From: Geosiphon pyriformis uo1
Taxonomy: Eukaryota > Fungi > Glomeromycota
Length of the DNA: 64,000 nt
Direction of reading: 5' to 3'
Assembly: GCA_016748015.1 (NCBI GenBank)
Contig: JAAOMT010000752.1
Location: forward strand, 318,976 to 382,975
Positions 51,720-64,000 of the stretch are shown here, one piece after another. Made by a program: the position numbers and the translations under genes. Position 1 is the stretch's first letter; each line of letters starts with the position of its first letter. A model generated the notes under the pieces. The model had not been told where the DNA came from. It searched no databases and saw only the letters and a program-made list of their open reading frames with translations.

Positions 51720-54700
51720 TGTTACAAATAATTATTTGGAGTGTTGAAACAATTAACAAATTTGTAACTTAGTGCTTAATAGTAATTAATAATAGTAAAT
51801 TCTAAAAATTTTGTAATTTAAAGATTTTAATTAAGTTTTTTTATAATAGACAGAGATTTAAATAATGATTTTTTTCTAATTTCTGTCTTCAGTATAATAA
51901 TCAGTTTATTCTAGCAGTTATGTTCTTTTAATAAGCTATTTTTAATTTTTTAATTTTTGTTTTATAGGTCTTTTACTAGACTATCTTTAACATCAATTAC
52001 TCAGTACTTAATCTTTTAATTTATTAGTAAACAACAAAGAAAACAAAATAAAAAAAATAAAAAACAAAAAAAAAAAATAATAAAAAATTAATATCTTATT
52101 AAAAATTATGATCAAGAATTATTAATTCAATGTAATTAAGTATTAAATTCTATTAACATAGAATATTGATAGTACAAAAATAATTAATACTTCTTAATTA
52201 AGTAAAGACAATATGAATTAGATGATAATAAATATTTTTATTAATATAAGTATGATTTCACTTCAAGTTATAGAAAACTATTTTTTAAAAAAAGAAGTAT
52301 TAAATAATTACTTATCTTTAACTTACTGTTTTTGTTAATTGTTTTGTCTTTTTTTGTTTCTAATACTCTTACTATATATATATAATTTGTAATAAAAAAG
52401 ATTTTTTGAAATTTTCTAATTTTTTTGAAATGAATTTGGGAATTCTGGAATTCTTTTTTTTGCTATACTTTTTTCTTATTGGCTATTTTTTACCTATTAT
52501 AATTTTTATTTTTATAAGTAATAATATTTTTTTTTTAATATTGAGCTTTGTCAAAATTTTCCAAATTTTTTAGCTTTCTTAAATCTCTTTCTTAAATTAA
52601 TTCTATCATTTTTTTTAGAATTACTTGAATAATTTTGGTCTGTAATTTTTCGAATTAATGTTAGTAATTTTTTCGAATTAATTAATGATTATTGTATTTA
52701 TTATTAAGTATAACAGTATTTTTAAATAGTTTGAAATTCTGTTTGTAACTGGTATATTGTTTGTTTCTGTGTAAATAAATTGTTTTTTTCTACAAATTGT
52801 TTAATTTTTTATAATATTGTTGTGTCAAATATCTATCTTGTTTTATCTGTATACAAGTTCTAAATATTGAGCTTTTGTTTTAAGTAATAATAGTAAAAAT
52901 TTTTAGAAAATTGTTGTGTTTACTATTTTCAATTTTTATTTATTAACTCTTTATATTATACTAGTGTTTTTAGTATTTTTAATAACATTTTTATTTTTGC
53001 TATTATATTATTTACTATGTTTTTAGGCTTTATATGTACTTTATATTGTATTTTATATTAAAGTTTTGGGTTTTTTTCTGTGTTTTTATATTAAATAGTT
53101 TGTTGATTAATTGTGATTTTTATATTTAGTTTTTGATGTTTGATAAATTGAAATAATTGTTAAGCTAAAGAGTAAATATTGTCTGTAATTTTCATATTTT
53201 TGGTTGCTTTTGTTATATGTATTGGTTTTTTATATACTGTTTTATTAGATTAATTTGATATATTTGTGTCAATAATTATAATTGGTTTTAGATTTTGTAG
53301 AATCTTATCTGATTAGACTAATATTTATTATACTTTTAGTTGTAAAATATTACTAGTAAATAATAATAATATATTGTGATATGGTTTTAGTTGATTATTA
53401 TGTACTGTTTTAGCTAGAATTTTGTTGTTTTATCCTAATTTATATGCTCTATTGTCCAAAAATTTTTTAATATAAAATAGACTGTTCTATTTGGGATCAA
53501 ATTTTCTACTTCATTGTTTTTTTGCTTTGGTATAATGTAAGAGTACTTTGTCTCCAATTCTGAATTCAATTGATTTATTTAGTAACTAGTTATTATGTTT
53601 TTTTTTGTTTTTTTGGTAATTTTTGTATATTATTAATTGTTTTTGTTTTTTGTTTTCTATAGTTTCTATTAAATTAGATGTTTTTTTTAGTAATATTTCT
53701 TATAAGTTGGTTTTTGTTATTGGTTTATCTAAATATGTATTGATTTTTATTTTAATTAATAATATTGCTGTTTTATTATAGATTAATTTAAATAGTATTG
53801 CTTGTGTAATATCTTGTTTTATTGTTTAATAAACAAATAATACTAATAGTATAAATAAATTTTATTTATTCTGGTTTTTTTGGCTGATCTTGGCTATTGT
53901 TTTACACAATATTCTATTGAACTTTTCGATTAAGCTATTGGTTTGTAAATAATATGATAATAATAATAGTTTTTTAATTTCAAATCTCTGACTTAATTCT
54001 GTTAATGTTCTGTTTACAAAGTAAATTCTTTGGTTTAATAATAATTTTTTTGAATATTTATGTTGACAAATCAAATTTTAGTCTACAAATTTAACTATAA
54101 ATTTTACATCTACTTTTTAAATTGCTTTAAATTTTGGTTATTTTGTAAAATACTCTATAGCTACTGTTATATATCTATTGTTTTTACTGATTATTGTCAA
54201 TAATCCAACTAAGTCAATTCTAATTTAATTAAATAATTGTTTTACTTTAATTGGTTTTAATGGTTTTTTGAGTCTTGTTTCTCTTTTTTTCTAATAAATA
54301 TTACAATTTTAAACATATTAAATAATATCTAAATATATTAATAACCAGTAATATTTTTTTTTAGTTTTTTTATGATTATTTTTTTATGAAAATATTTTGT
54401 TGTTAGATTTAAATATCTATTAAATAGTATTGTTTTTTTTTGGCTTCATAATTACTCTGAATAGTTGATCTAAATTTTTTTTGTTTTTCTAATATAATAT
54501 GTTTTAATAAGTAATAAAGTATTTTAATTGTTGTTTTATGTGGTTTTGTTCTTTTTGGATAATTTTTTCTTTAATATTATTTAAATACTCAATAGTTTGA
54601 GATGTTAATATTTTTGTGTGTTTATTTTTTGTTATATTTTTGGGTTAAAATATTTTTAGATTTATTTTATTCATAATAAACTGTTAGTATTTCTATTTTT

Positions 54701-57700
54701 TTTATAATATACAATATAATTAAATAGGTATAGTTTTATTTTTTATCTTATATGGTAATTATCTTCAAATTTTTGCTTCTAAATTAATGTTAATTATTTG
54801 TGATTAGTATATATATTAAATTTTTAACTTAAGTATTTTTTTTATTTTATAACAGCCTAATAATAGTTAAGTATTCTAATGCTAAAGTGCCATAATTTTT
54901 TTCAGCTGAACTTAAACTTCAGTTAGCATATGTCACTAAATATTTTTATTTATTTGATTTTTTTTATAATAATACTGCTCCTAATATTTGGCCTGATTTA
55001 TTTGTTGTAATAATAAATAGCTTGTTGTAATCTGAATAGATCAAGACTAAAGCTTGAATAAGCTTTTGTCTCAATATATCAAAAGTTTTTTGTTGTTTTT
55101 CAGTCTATTTATATTTGGTGTTTTTTGCTTAAAGCTGGTATAATAATTAAACCAGTTTAAAAAAATTCTAAATAAAATGGCAATAGTATTTAATAAGTTC
55201 CAAAAATGCTTTTAATTCTATTAAGTTTGTTGTTACTAAAAAGTTTTTAACTATTTCAATTTTATCTGAATCTGTATTAATGCTGTTTTTGTTTATAACA
55301 TATTCCAAAAATTTGAATTCAGTTTTTTCAAAAAAATATTTAGTTGCATTTAACTTTAATTTTGCTTTTTTTGATTTTTTGAACATTTGCTAAAAATAAT
55401 AGAAGTAATTGTCAATATTTTAGAGAATATATTAATGTTATTTAAATAGATTACTACTAATTTTTATAACAATTTAGTATAAACAATTTTTATTAACTAT
55501 TGAAAAGTAATTGGAGTATTGATTAAGTTAAAAGATATAACATTAAATTCAAAGTTTTTTTCTTTTGTGGTAAATGCTATTTTCTTTTTATTAACTGAAT
55601 TTATGGCTACTTGTTAGTAACTACTATCTAAGTTTAATATTAAAAACCATTTTTTTTTAAAAACATTAAATAGTTTTTGGATCTATAAAATAAGATAATT
55701 GTTTTTACAAGTAATATTATTAACTTTTTTATAATCTACACAAAAATAGATTTTTACATTTTTTTCAAACAAGTACAACTAATAATAATCATAAACTTAT
55801 TAATAATTGAATTAATTTATTGTCCAACATATAATTGATTTCTTAACAAATAATTTTATAACTGGCAAGTAGTACTTAGTATATTCTTTGCTTAATTAAT
55901 ATTGTATCTTCAGTTTTAATTTAGTGCTAGATAATATTAGTTCTGCCAAATTCATTTTTATTCACAAAAATGTTGATAAAATTATTAAATAGCAACTTGA
56001 GTTGTATATGTTAAAGTAAATTTAAGTATTCCAAGTTTATTTGCTTTAATTATTATGGTTATAGCAAATAACATTTTTTTTATCTATAAATTGTTTGTAA
56101 TGTAATATCTATATATTCATATAATTATAAAAAGTCTAAAATAGTAATTGGTGCTTGATTTTCAACTTTAGTGCTTAAATATTTAATAATAGTTTTGCTT
56201 GATATTCTTATTGAATCTCTAATTATATTATATATTGAAATCTTAATATGTTTGTGATTTTTGGCTAGTATGTAAAAATTAGTAATAGTAATCTCTCTTA
56301 ATTTACAAATAATAAGCTCAATTTCAAAAATTTGGAACTGATTTTTAACTTTTTTTTTTATAACTAATATATACTAGTCATATAAAGAAATAAAAATTAA
56401 TTAATAAGTGAAAATAATTTTTTTTTATCAATTATTTCCTCTTTTATTATATTGATTGATACTTTTATTCTATCTGTAAATCTAAATTTTTTTATCTTTT
56501 TTGCTGTAATTCCTAACTCTTTACTTGTTTTTACTAATACTAACTAAGATATTTTTATCAGAGTTAGGAATATTGTCTATATTATTTTTTATTTGGTTTA
56601 ATAATATATGTTTTTTCTGATTTATTTTGTAATATTGCAATAATATTTTTATATATTTTGTATTAAATATTTCTCTTTTAATATTAATTTTTTTTTGTTA
56701 AATTAAATCTAAATGCTAATTGTACTATTATTGTTGCTAAAATTTCCAGTACTAATTTTAAATCTATGTTAATACATAAATAAAGTTCTAATTAGATAAT
56801 AGTTTTTTTTAAATATTTAAGATTAAATTTTATATTAATATTATATATATGTTTTAACATAATATTTTTATTATTATTGTTAAATCATTTAAGTTTTTGC
56901 TTTTTGGAAAGATCTGAAAGCATAATATATTGTTTAAAATTGAAATTAGAGTTCAAATTATCATTATTGTAGTTGTTATTATGGACAGTATTAAAATTAT
57001 TATTGTTATCATTATTAAAGTTTAAATTAAGATTAAATTTTGATTTAATTCCAAAATGTAACTGCTAATTAGTTTTTTTTAAAAAATTAAATAGATTATA
57101 CATGATAAGAAATTGTAAATAAAATTACAATTATCACAATATTTGAAGTTATTGGGAATTAGACAATGTTTATAGAGTCTAGTATTTAATTGTTTTAAAT
57201 ACTATTCTTGTTTTTTTTAAGTAAGTGCTAGATTTTAGTAGTATTTGTGAAATTGTTTTGGATTACTTAGAATGTCAACAAAAATGTCTAAGTTTAAGAT
57301 AAAAACAGTTTTGGCAGATTCGATGAATTGGTTTTGATTGTAAATATTTTATTAAGTAAAGTATTTTTTAACTTTAACACTTGCTATTTGCCAGATTTTG
57401 TTTTTATTGTGTAGATAATTATTCAAATGTGACAGAATTTTGTTTTATGTAATATTGAAGAACATTTTTTTGCTTACTTAGTTACTAATAAGAATTGTGT
57501 ATTGACATAATGTATCATATATTTTTTTACAACCAGAAATGTTATTTCATATTTTTTTGTTAAGTAGTATTTTTTTACAAATAAAACATAGTTTGTTGTT
57601 TTACTTTTTTTGTTGTTTTGAGTATTTAAAGTGTTTTTAGTAACATGTTTTATATTTTTCTTTGGACAAGATCTAAGTTTTTATAAATAAAAGTTTTTTT

Positions 57701-60700
57701 TTGTAGTCTTTGTATTTAAATAGAATATAGGGTGGTTGTTTTCTTGGTTTTAGTATCAAATATGAAATATGCCAACTATTGGCTGTTTTTTGGTAATAGT
57801 GGCGACTTGAGAATTGTATTTTTTTTTCAGAAGAGTATTAGTAATAGTTTGTTGTATTTATTTTTAATCCATGAAACTTGATAGACTTTTTAAGTAAATT
57901 TTTTTTTTTCGAGTTTGGTTAATGATTGTTTTTTTAAAGAAGCTTTAAAATAACTACAGATAACAGATACTTGAGTATACTGACTATTATATATTAATTG
58001 GAGTTCTTAAATATTCCAGTTGAATACAGTATTGGTTTTGAACAGCCAGTTATTATCAACAAAAGCTTGGTACTGTGTAACTTCTATTATTAAAACTTTA
58101 ATTAATGTAATAATACTATTGACTTTAAAAATAAAATTGTCAATTTTGCTTATTGAAATCTTTATTTTTCTATTAGTAATGATGATTTTTGTATTGGTAG
58201 CTCAATTAACTTAGTGACTTAATTAAGTTATAAGTTATTATATAATAAGATTATTTGCTAATCTGCTATTAAAAATAAACTTAATAGATTGATTATCAAT
58301 TTTGGTATTAGTGTACATAACAGTAATTGGTTTAGTATCAAAAGTAGCTCTACTAAATAATAATGTTTTTATTTGATTTTCTAATTTAAAAGGAAATATG
58401 GCAATAAATAATTCGTTTTTAATGATAGTTGCTAATAGAATGTTGTTAGTGAATAGTTGTTTTGGTGGTTTTAAGTTGTTAGATTGGATATTTTCTAGAG
58501 TAATTAAGAGACTTAAATAGCTCTAAAAATTCGGGTTTTAAATATATCTATTTTCTGAACTTTGCTAACATAATTCTGATGGCTGGTTCAATAAATTGAA
58601 GATTAGTTAGTATATTATTATCATTAATTTCCAAGTTTGTTAAGTGTAATTGATTCTTAGTCTTTGGTTTTTAGTAGATATTTGAGTTGAAATTTGAAAT
58701 AGTGTTTGGATTTATTGAGATTAATAAATAACTTATAACTACAGTTAATATATTATTGGTACTGAAATCTAATAGATTGGAAGTAAGTATATAGGTTGTT
58801 GCATTATTGATATGTAATATGGTTTATATTAGTATTGTTTTAGTAACAAATTGTTGACATAGTTCTAAGTTTGAAATCTGTAATTAGAATTTTGATATTA
58901 ATTTTCTAATTGTGAATTATTAAATTTGATGCAACAATCTGCTTTCAAATAATTTTGTTTATTGCAATAATAGCAATTACATATTTTTTGCTGTTATAAC
59001 TGATTTGCTAATAATAATAATAAATATATCTAATTATGAAAGCAATTGGAGTTTTCTAATTGTTATAATATTATAGAGGCTGATAAATTGCCTAATTATT
59101 AACTAAGTATTCATTAATTTTTTGATTAATTGTTTTACTAAATTGTTTTAATTTAATATTTAATTCAGATAATTTTTTTATTATTAGATTTATGATTTAG
59201 ACATGATTGGCTTTAAGTTTAACTAATTAGAAATCTCTGACATATATGACTGTATTTTGGAGAGTATTTAGATATAATAATTATATTTATTACAGAAGAT
59301 TATTACATAATCTGCAAATAAACTGATTTAAAATTTGTGGTATTATAAAATAATTAGCATTAATTGCTTAAATTTAATGTAAATTTTTATGAAAGCATTC
59401 CAAATAAATAATAACTGTTTTAATATTATTTTGTTTAATTGTAATAAAGCTAGTTAACAGACAATTAATGCTATTATTATTACTGAAATACTGTAAAAAC
59501 ATGGTTTTAAATACATCAAAATCTTGGAATTTGTTTACAAAATTCTGATATTATGAATTGGCAGTATCTTATAAAAAATAGAAAATTGTTTAAAAAGCTT
59601 TGGCATTGTTCTATTTATTGGCTGCAATAGCTTTTGTTATATTATTCAACCAGATTTATGTATTGTTCTCTTCATTAGTAAATTTTTTTAATTTGGTAAT
59701 TGGTACATAAATTATTAATATAAGTATTTGTTGTTGTTGATAAATAATAATTGGTACTATTAGCAGTTAATTAATTGGAATAATTAAAGGTAAATTGTTT
59801 GGAAAAATAAAAGCTAAATTTGAATTGTTTATGTTTTGCTGAGTTTAAACAATTGGAGTTTGGATTTCTGGGTTATTTGAAATTGGGTTTTAATTATTAA
59901 TTTTTTGATTACTGTTTTTTTTTTTAAGTTAGCTTCTGCTAATTATTAGTAGATCCAAAATTTGGTTGAAGTAGTGATAATCAAAGTCCTAATAGTATTG
60001 TTAGTTGTGATTTGAATTCTTCAAAAAAATTGTCATAATTTGGTTTTTTTCTGGTTATTTTGGAATACTATTTGTAATAATAGTGTTTTCAACATGAGTA
60101 CAATTATTGATGTTATCTAAATAATACTTTTGGGCATATAATAATATAATAAATTAATAAGTAAAATAACTTTTGGTTTTTTCTAAGTAGTATTACTGGA
60201 GGTTTTTGGTCTCTTTTTTTGAAGGTTTTTAATGTCTGTTTGTTGTGAATTCACGTTTTCTAGAGATAATTGAACCTCCAATAACTGAATTTATCTTCAA
60301 ATTATCTTCTATAATTTGAACTGCTGGACTTATAAGTAGAATGCCCAATTTCATACCAGTTATTTTATGTAGTTATATTGTAGTAAATGTCAACTCTTTC
60401 TCAGGAATTGCTCGTCTGGAAGCTCACTAAAAATGTGCAGTTACTTTGCTGTGAAAGTCAACTCTTCTACAGAAATCTCTTCTATAGATTACCTTAATGA
60501 TTATAATAAAAAAAAAAATAAAAATAAAAAAAAAATAAAAAAAATGGAATTTCTAACAAAAACGTTTTTTATCCAGGCCTGAAGTCACTAACAAATTACT
60601 GAAATTGGTAGTTAATTAATTTCAAAATGTTAGTTATGTTGAGAGAATTTCAAGTGTAATAATCAAAGAATTTGATTTTTGAATATTTAATTTTTATTTG

Positions 60701-62375
60701 AGATGTGTAAAAGATAATTTGTTTTGATTAAAATATTTAAAGTAAGATATTATAGTAAAATACTATAGGAAGATACATTTTTTTAAAGAGAGAAGCTCTT
60801 CTTTTATACAACTTGTTGTAGTACTAGTCTTTGAATTTGCACTTTTCTCTTTGCTCTAATTTTGGCAAACTAAAGATACATTTTGGTGAACTACAAGTTA
60901 TTTCTACAAATTATTGATTATTTCGGCCAATTTTTATCAATTTCGGCGAATTTTAACTATGTTAAATGGTTCAGAGTATTGTTTAATTTAATCATCTTAA
61001 TTTTTATGATACAAATCGAATTATTAATTGAATAATAATATTTGATAATTTGATTAAATGATAAGTGATAATTAAAATAATAGGAATTATAAGGATAATT
61101 TCATGCTAATTAATAGCTAAAATTCTACTGATAACAGTAAATAATTGTATTTTTTGGGGGGTTTTTGTTAGAGTTTGTAGCTTTTTTTTTCTTTTTCAAT
61201 AAAAATAATAAAAAATTTCTGTTTGGTGTAAGTTTTTATCTCATAATTTATCTTTGTAATTATTGAAACAAAACTATAATTTTATAAGAGACTAATAAAT
61301 TGTAGTAACTTACTGTAGAAATTTTTAATAATGGCTTTTGGATTTTCTTGGCTTTCTAAATAGTGTATAATCTTTTTGTTTACACAAAAATTGAAGGCTA
61401 ATTCTGCTGATTAATGATTATTTATTAATGTAAGATAATAAAATAAGAATTTTACAAATCCTAAATAATTTCTTCTATAATTTTTTGGTCTGCTACTCTT
61501 TTAGATAATTAATATTGATGCTGGTTTTTTGTTAAATTATATTTTATAAAGAGCACCTTATAAATAATTATTTAGAATATAAGAACAAATAACAAACTCA
61601 TAACTTGGTGCTCAATAGCAGTTAATGATAGTAATTTCTAAAAGTTTTTGTAATCTAAAGGTTTTGATTAAGTTTTTTATATAATAAACAAAAATTTAAA
61701 TAATAGTTTTTCCCCAATTTCTGTTTTTAGCATAGTGGCCAGTTTATTCTAACAGTCATGTCTTTCTGGTAAACCAATCTTAAGTTTTTTATTCTTGTTT
61801 TACGAGTTTTTTACCAGATTATCTTTGATATTAATTATTTAGTATTTAATTTTTTAATTAATTAGTAAACAACAAAAAATAAAAAAATAAAAAAATAAAA
61901 AAAAATAAAAAATTAATATTCTGTTAATAACCATAATTAAGAACTATTTATTTAGTATAATTAAATATTAAATTCTATTAACATTAATTATTAATATGCA
62001 GAAATAATTAATACTTTTTAATTAAGTGATAACAACATAAATTAAATAGTAATAGATATTTTTATTGATATAGATATGATTTTATTTTAAATTATAGAAA
62101 ACTATCTTTTAAAAAGAGAGGTATTAAATAATTATTTATCTTTAATTACTGTTCTTACTAATTGTTTTGTCTCTTTTAGCTTTTAATACTTTTGCTTTAT
62201 ATATATAATTTGTGTTATATAAAATTTTTTGAAATTTTTCAATTTTTTTGAAATGAATTTTAGAATTTTGTAATTCTACAATTTCTCAAAAAAAATCTTG
62301 AAAATTTTTTTTTGCTATGTTTTTTTTTTATTGGCTATTTTTTACTTATTAAGATTCCTATTTTTATAAATAATA
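51720..62375 (-). mobile_element. Full-length Ty3/Gypsy element A2 (same family as A1) inserted antisense into the integrase zinc-finger region of A1
   Basis: LTRs 61558-62375 (5') and 51720-52523 (3'); perfect TSD CTAT (51716-51719 / 62376-62379). PBS-like GGTGCTCTTT at ~61557-61548; eroded polypurine tract ~52527-52536. PR ~58300, dUTPase ~56850-56480, RT ORF relic 55168-55386, integrase relic 53862-54074 (YYLQTNSLIEKFNRIL = YHPQTNGLVERFNRTL). Confidence 0.93.
60191..61136 (-). mobile_element. Solo LTR, family B, copy 3, inserted in the gag region of A2
   Basis: Reverse-complement homologue of 47524-48494; TSD GTAG (60187-60190) / GTAA (61137-61140); the corresponding empty site is visible in A1 at ~43190-43200. 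Confidence 0.92.
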
Positions 62376-64000
62376 CTATTATAAAAAGAACCAAAAAAAG
62401 ATATTATTGGCTTTTAATATATTTAAACATTATTTAATATGTTCAAAATTATAATATTTGTTAGAAAAGAGAAGAAATAAAATTTAATAAACCACTAAGA
62501 CCAATTAAAGTAGAACAATTATTTAATTAAATTAGAATTAACTTAATTAAATCATTGATAATAATTAGTAAAAACAATTAATATATTGTAATTACCATAA
62601 ATTATCTTACAAAATAGCCAGAAATTAAGACTATTTAATGAGTAAATATAGAATTTATAGCCAAATTCATATACCAAAATTTAATTTGTTAACATAAATA
62701 TCTAAAAAAATAGTTGTCAAACCAAAAAATTTACTTTATAAACAAAATATTAAGAGAATTGAATAAGATATTTAGAATTAAAAATTATTATTATTTTTAT
62801 ATTATCTAAAACCAATAGCTTAATTAAAAGATTTAATAGAATATTATGTAAAACAATAATTAAAATTAGCCAAAAAAACCAGAATAAATAAAATTTATTT
62901 ATACTATTAATACTATTTGCTTATTAGATAATAAAGTAAGATATTATATAAGTCATATTATTTAAATTAGTTTATAATAAAACAGTAACATTATTAATAA
63001 AAATAGATATTTATACATAATTAATAAAACCAATAATAAGAGCTAACTTTTAAAAAATATTTTTGTAAAAAACATATAACTTAATAAAAACTCTAGAAAA
63101 CAAAAGAAAAAAAACAGCTAATAATATACAAAAGTCACAAAAAAAACAAAAAAAGTAACTTATAGCCAACTACTAAATAAACCAATTGAATTCAAAATTA
63201 AAAACAAAGTATTTTTATATTATACCAAAGTAAAAAAACAATAAAGTAAAAAATTTAACTCTAAATAGAATGATTTATTTTATATTGAAAAATTTTTGGG
63301 AAATAAAGCATATAAATTAAGATAAAACAACAAAATTTTAATTAAAACAACATATAATAATTAACTAAAATCATATTATAATAAGTATTATTATTTATTA
63401 ATAATATTTTACAATTAAGAATACAAAAGATATTAGTTAAATCAGATAAGATTCTATAAGATCTAAAACCAATTATACTTATTAAAACAAATACATTAAT
63501 CTAATTTATTAAAACAATATATAAAAAATTAACATATATAACAAAAAAAATAAAAAAAATAAAAATTTCAAACTACATTTATATAATAACATAATAATTG
63601 TTTTAAACAATAAATTAGCAAAAATCAAATATAAAAATAACTGCTAATTATTAAATTATTTGCTATAAAAACATTAAACAAAAAAAAACCATATTATATC
63701 AGTAATAAACAAGTAATAATGTGAACAAAATTAAAAAAAAAGTGAAAAATACACTTGAAAAACTCTAATAGTTATTTAACTTAAAGAAATAATAGAAAAA
63801 ATTGGAATCAATAAATAAATCAATTCTAATTTTATATTGTTATTAGTATTTGAAACAAAAACTGATAATTTAAAACTTGTATATAGACCAAACCAAAAAA
63901 GTATTTGATCAAAAAATTATTTGTCAAATTAAAAACTTTATTAAAAAGAAATTTAATTTGGATATCTATATAAAAATTATATACTGGGTCCATTTTATCT

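Larger units (their letters stand above)
41904..64000 (+). mobile_element. Ty3/Gypsy element A1 (gag-PR-Cys-rich-dUTPase-RT-RNaseH-INT), eroded, with four direct nested insertions; runs off the window
   Basis: 5' LTR ~41904-42764 (TGTTA..TAACA) followed by a PBS-like TTTAGTACTTTTTGTGAG. gag core ~43715 (KFIGKKNNIQVQLNNITKAIVVNG*N); protease ~45750 (IKLILNNSLTDSII = LDSG); dUTPase 47180-48510; RT ~49150-49800 (YLNNT = YLDD); RNase H to ~51420; integrase 51420-51719 resuming at 62380; GPF-type motif ~63270. Confidence 0.9.

Overview
Eukaryotic fungal DNA with short GT-AG introns. The gene families and transposon (TE) repertoire point to Glomeromycotina (arbuscular-mycorrhizal lineage); it resembles Geosiphon-type sequence, which is my inference. 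The window alternates between two compartments. (1) Extremely AT-rich TE graveyards eroded by C>T/G>A transitions: ~1-16 kb holds LINE relics and a solo LTR; ~36-64 kb holds a Ginger-type DNA transposon with a nested TIR element, plus a nest of dUTPase-bearing Ty3/Gypsy elements, solo LTRs and a hAT derivative, most resolvable to the base by target-site duplications (TSDs). (2) A GC-normal gene island at ~17-36 kb with a TKL kinase, an alpha/beta-hydrolase, a Glo3-type ArfGAP and a small six-exon gene mostly missed by the ORF track. The oddest locus is a GC-intact block at ~21.3-27.4 kb. It holds a scrambled LINE fragment and two divergent, damaged Crinkler-type REase-fold nuclease paralogues sharing a ~430-bp near-perfect inverted repeat. 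Between them lies a 9-unit ~157-bp tandem array with an alternating A/B dimer structure. The second highlight is direct evidence for a RIP-like, largely non-CpG, position-dependent erosion of repeats. Protein calls in eroded regions come from manual back-mutation and are approximate.
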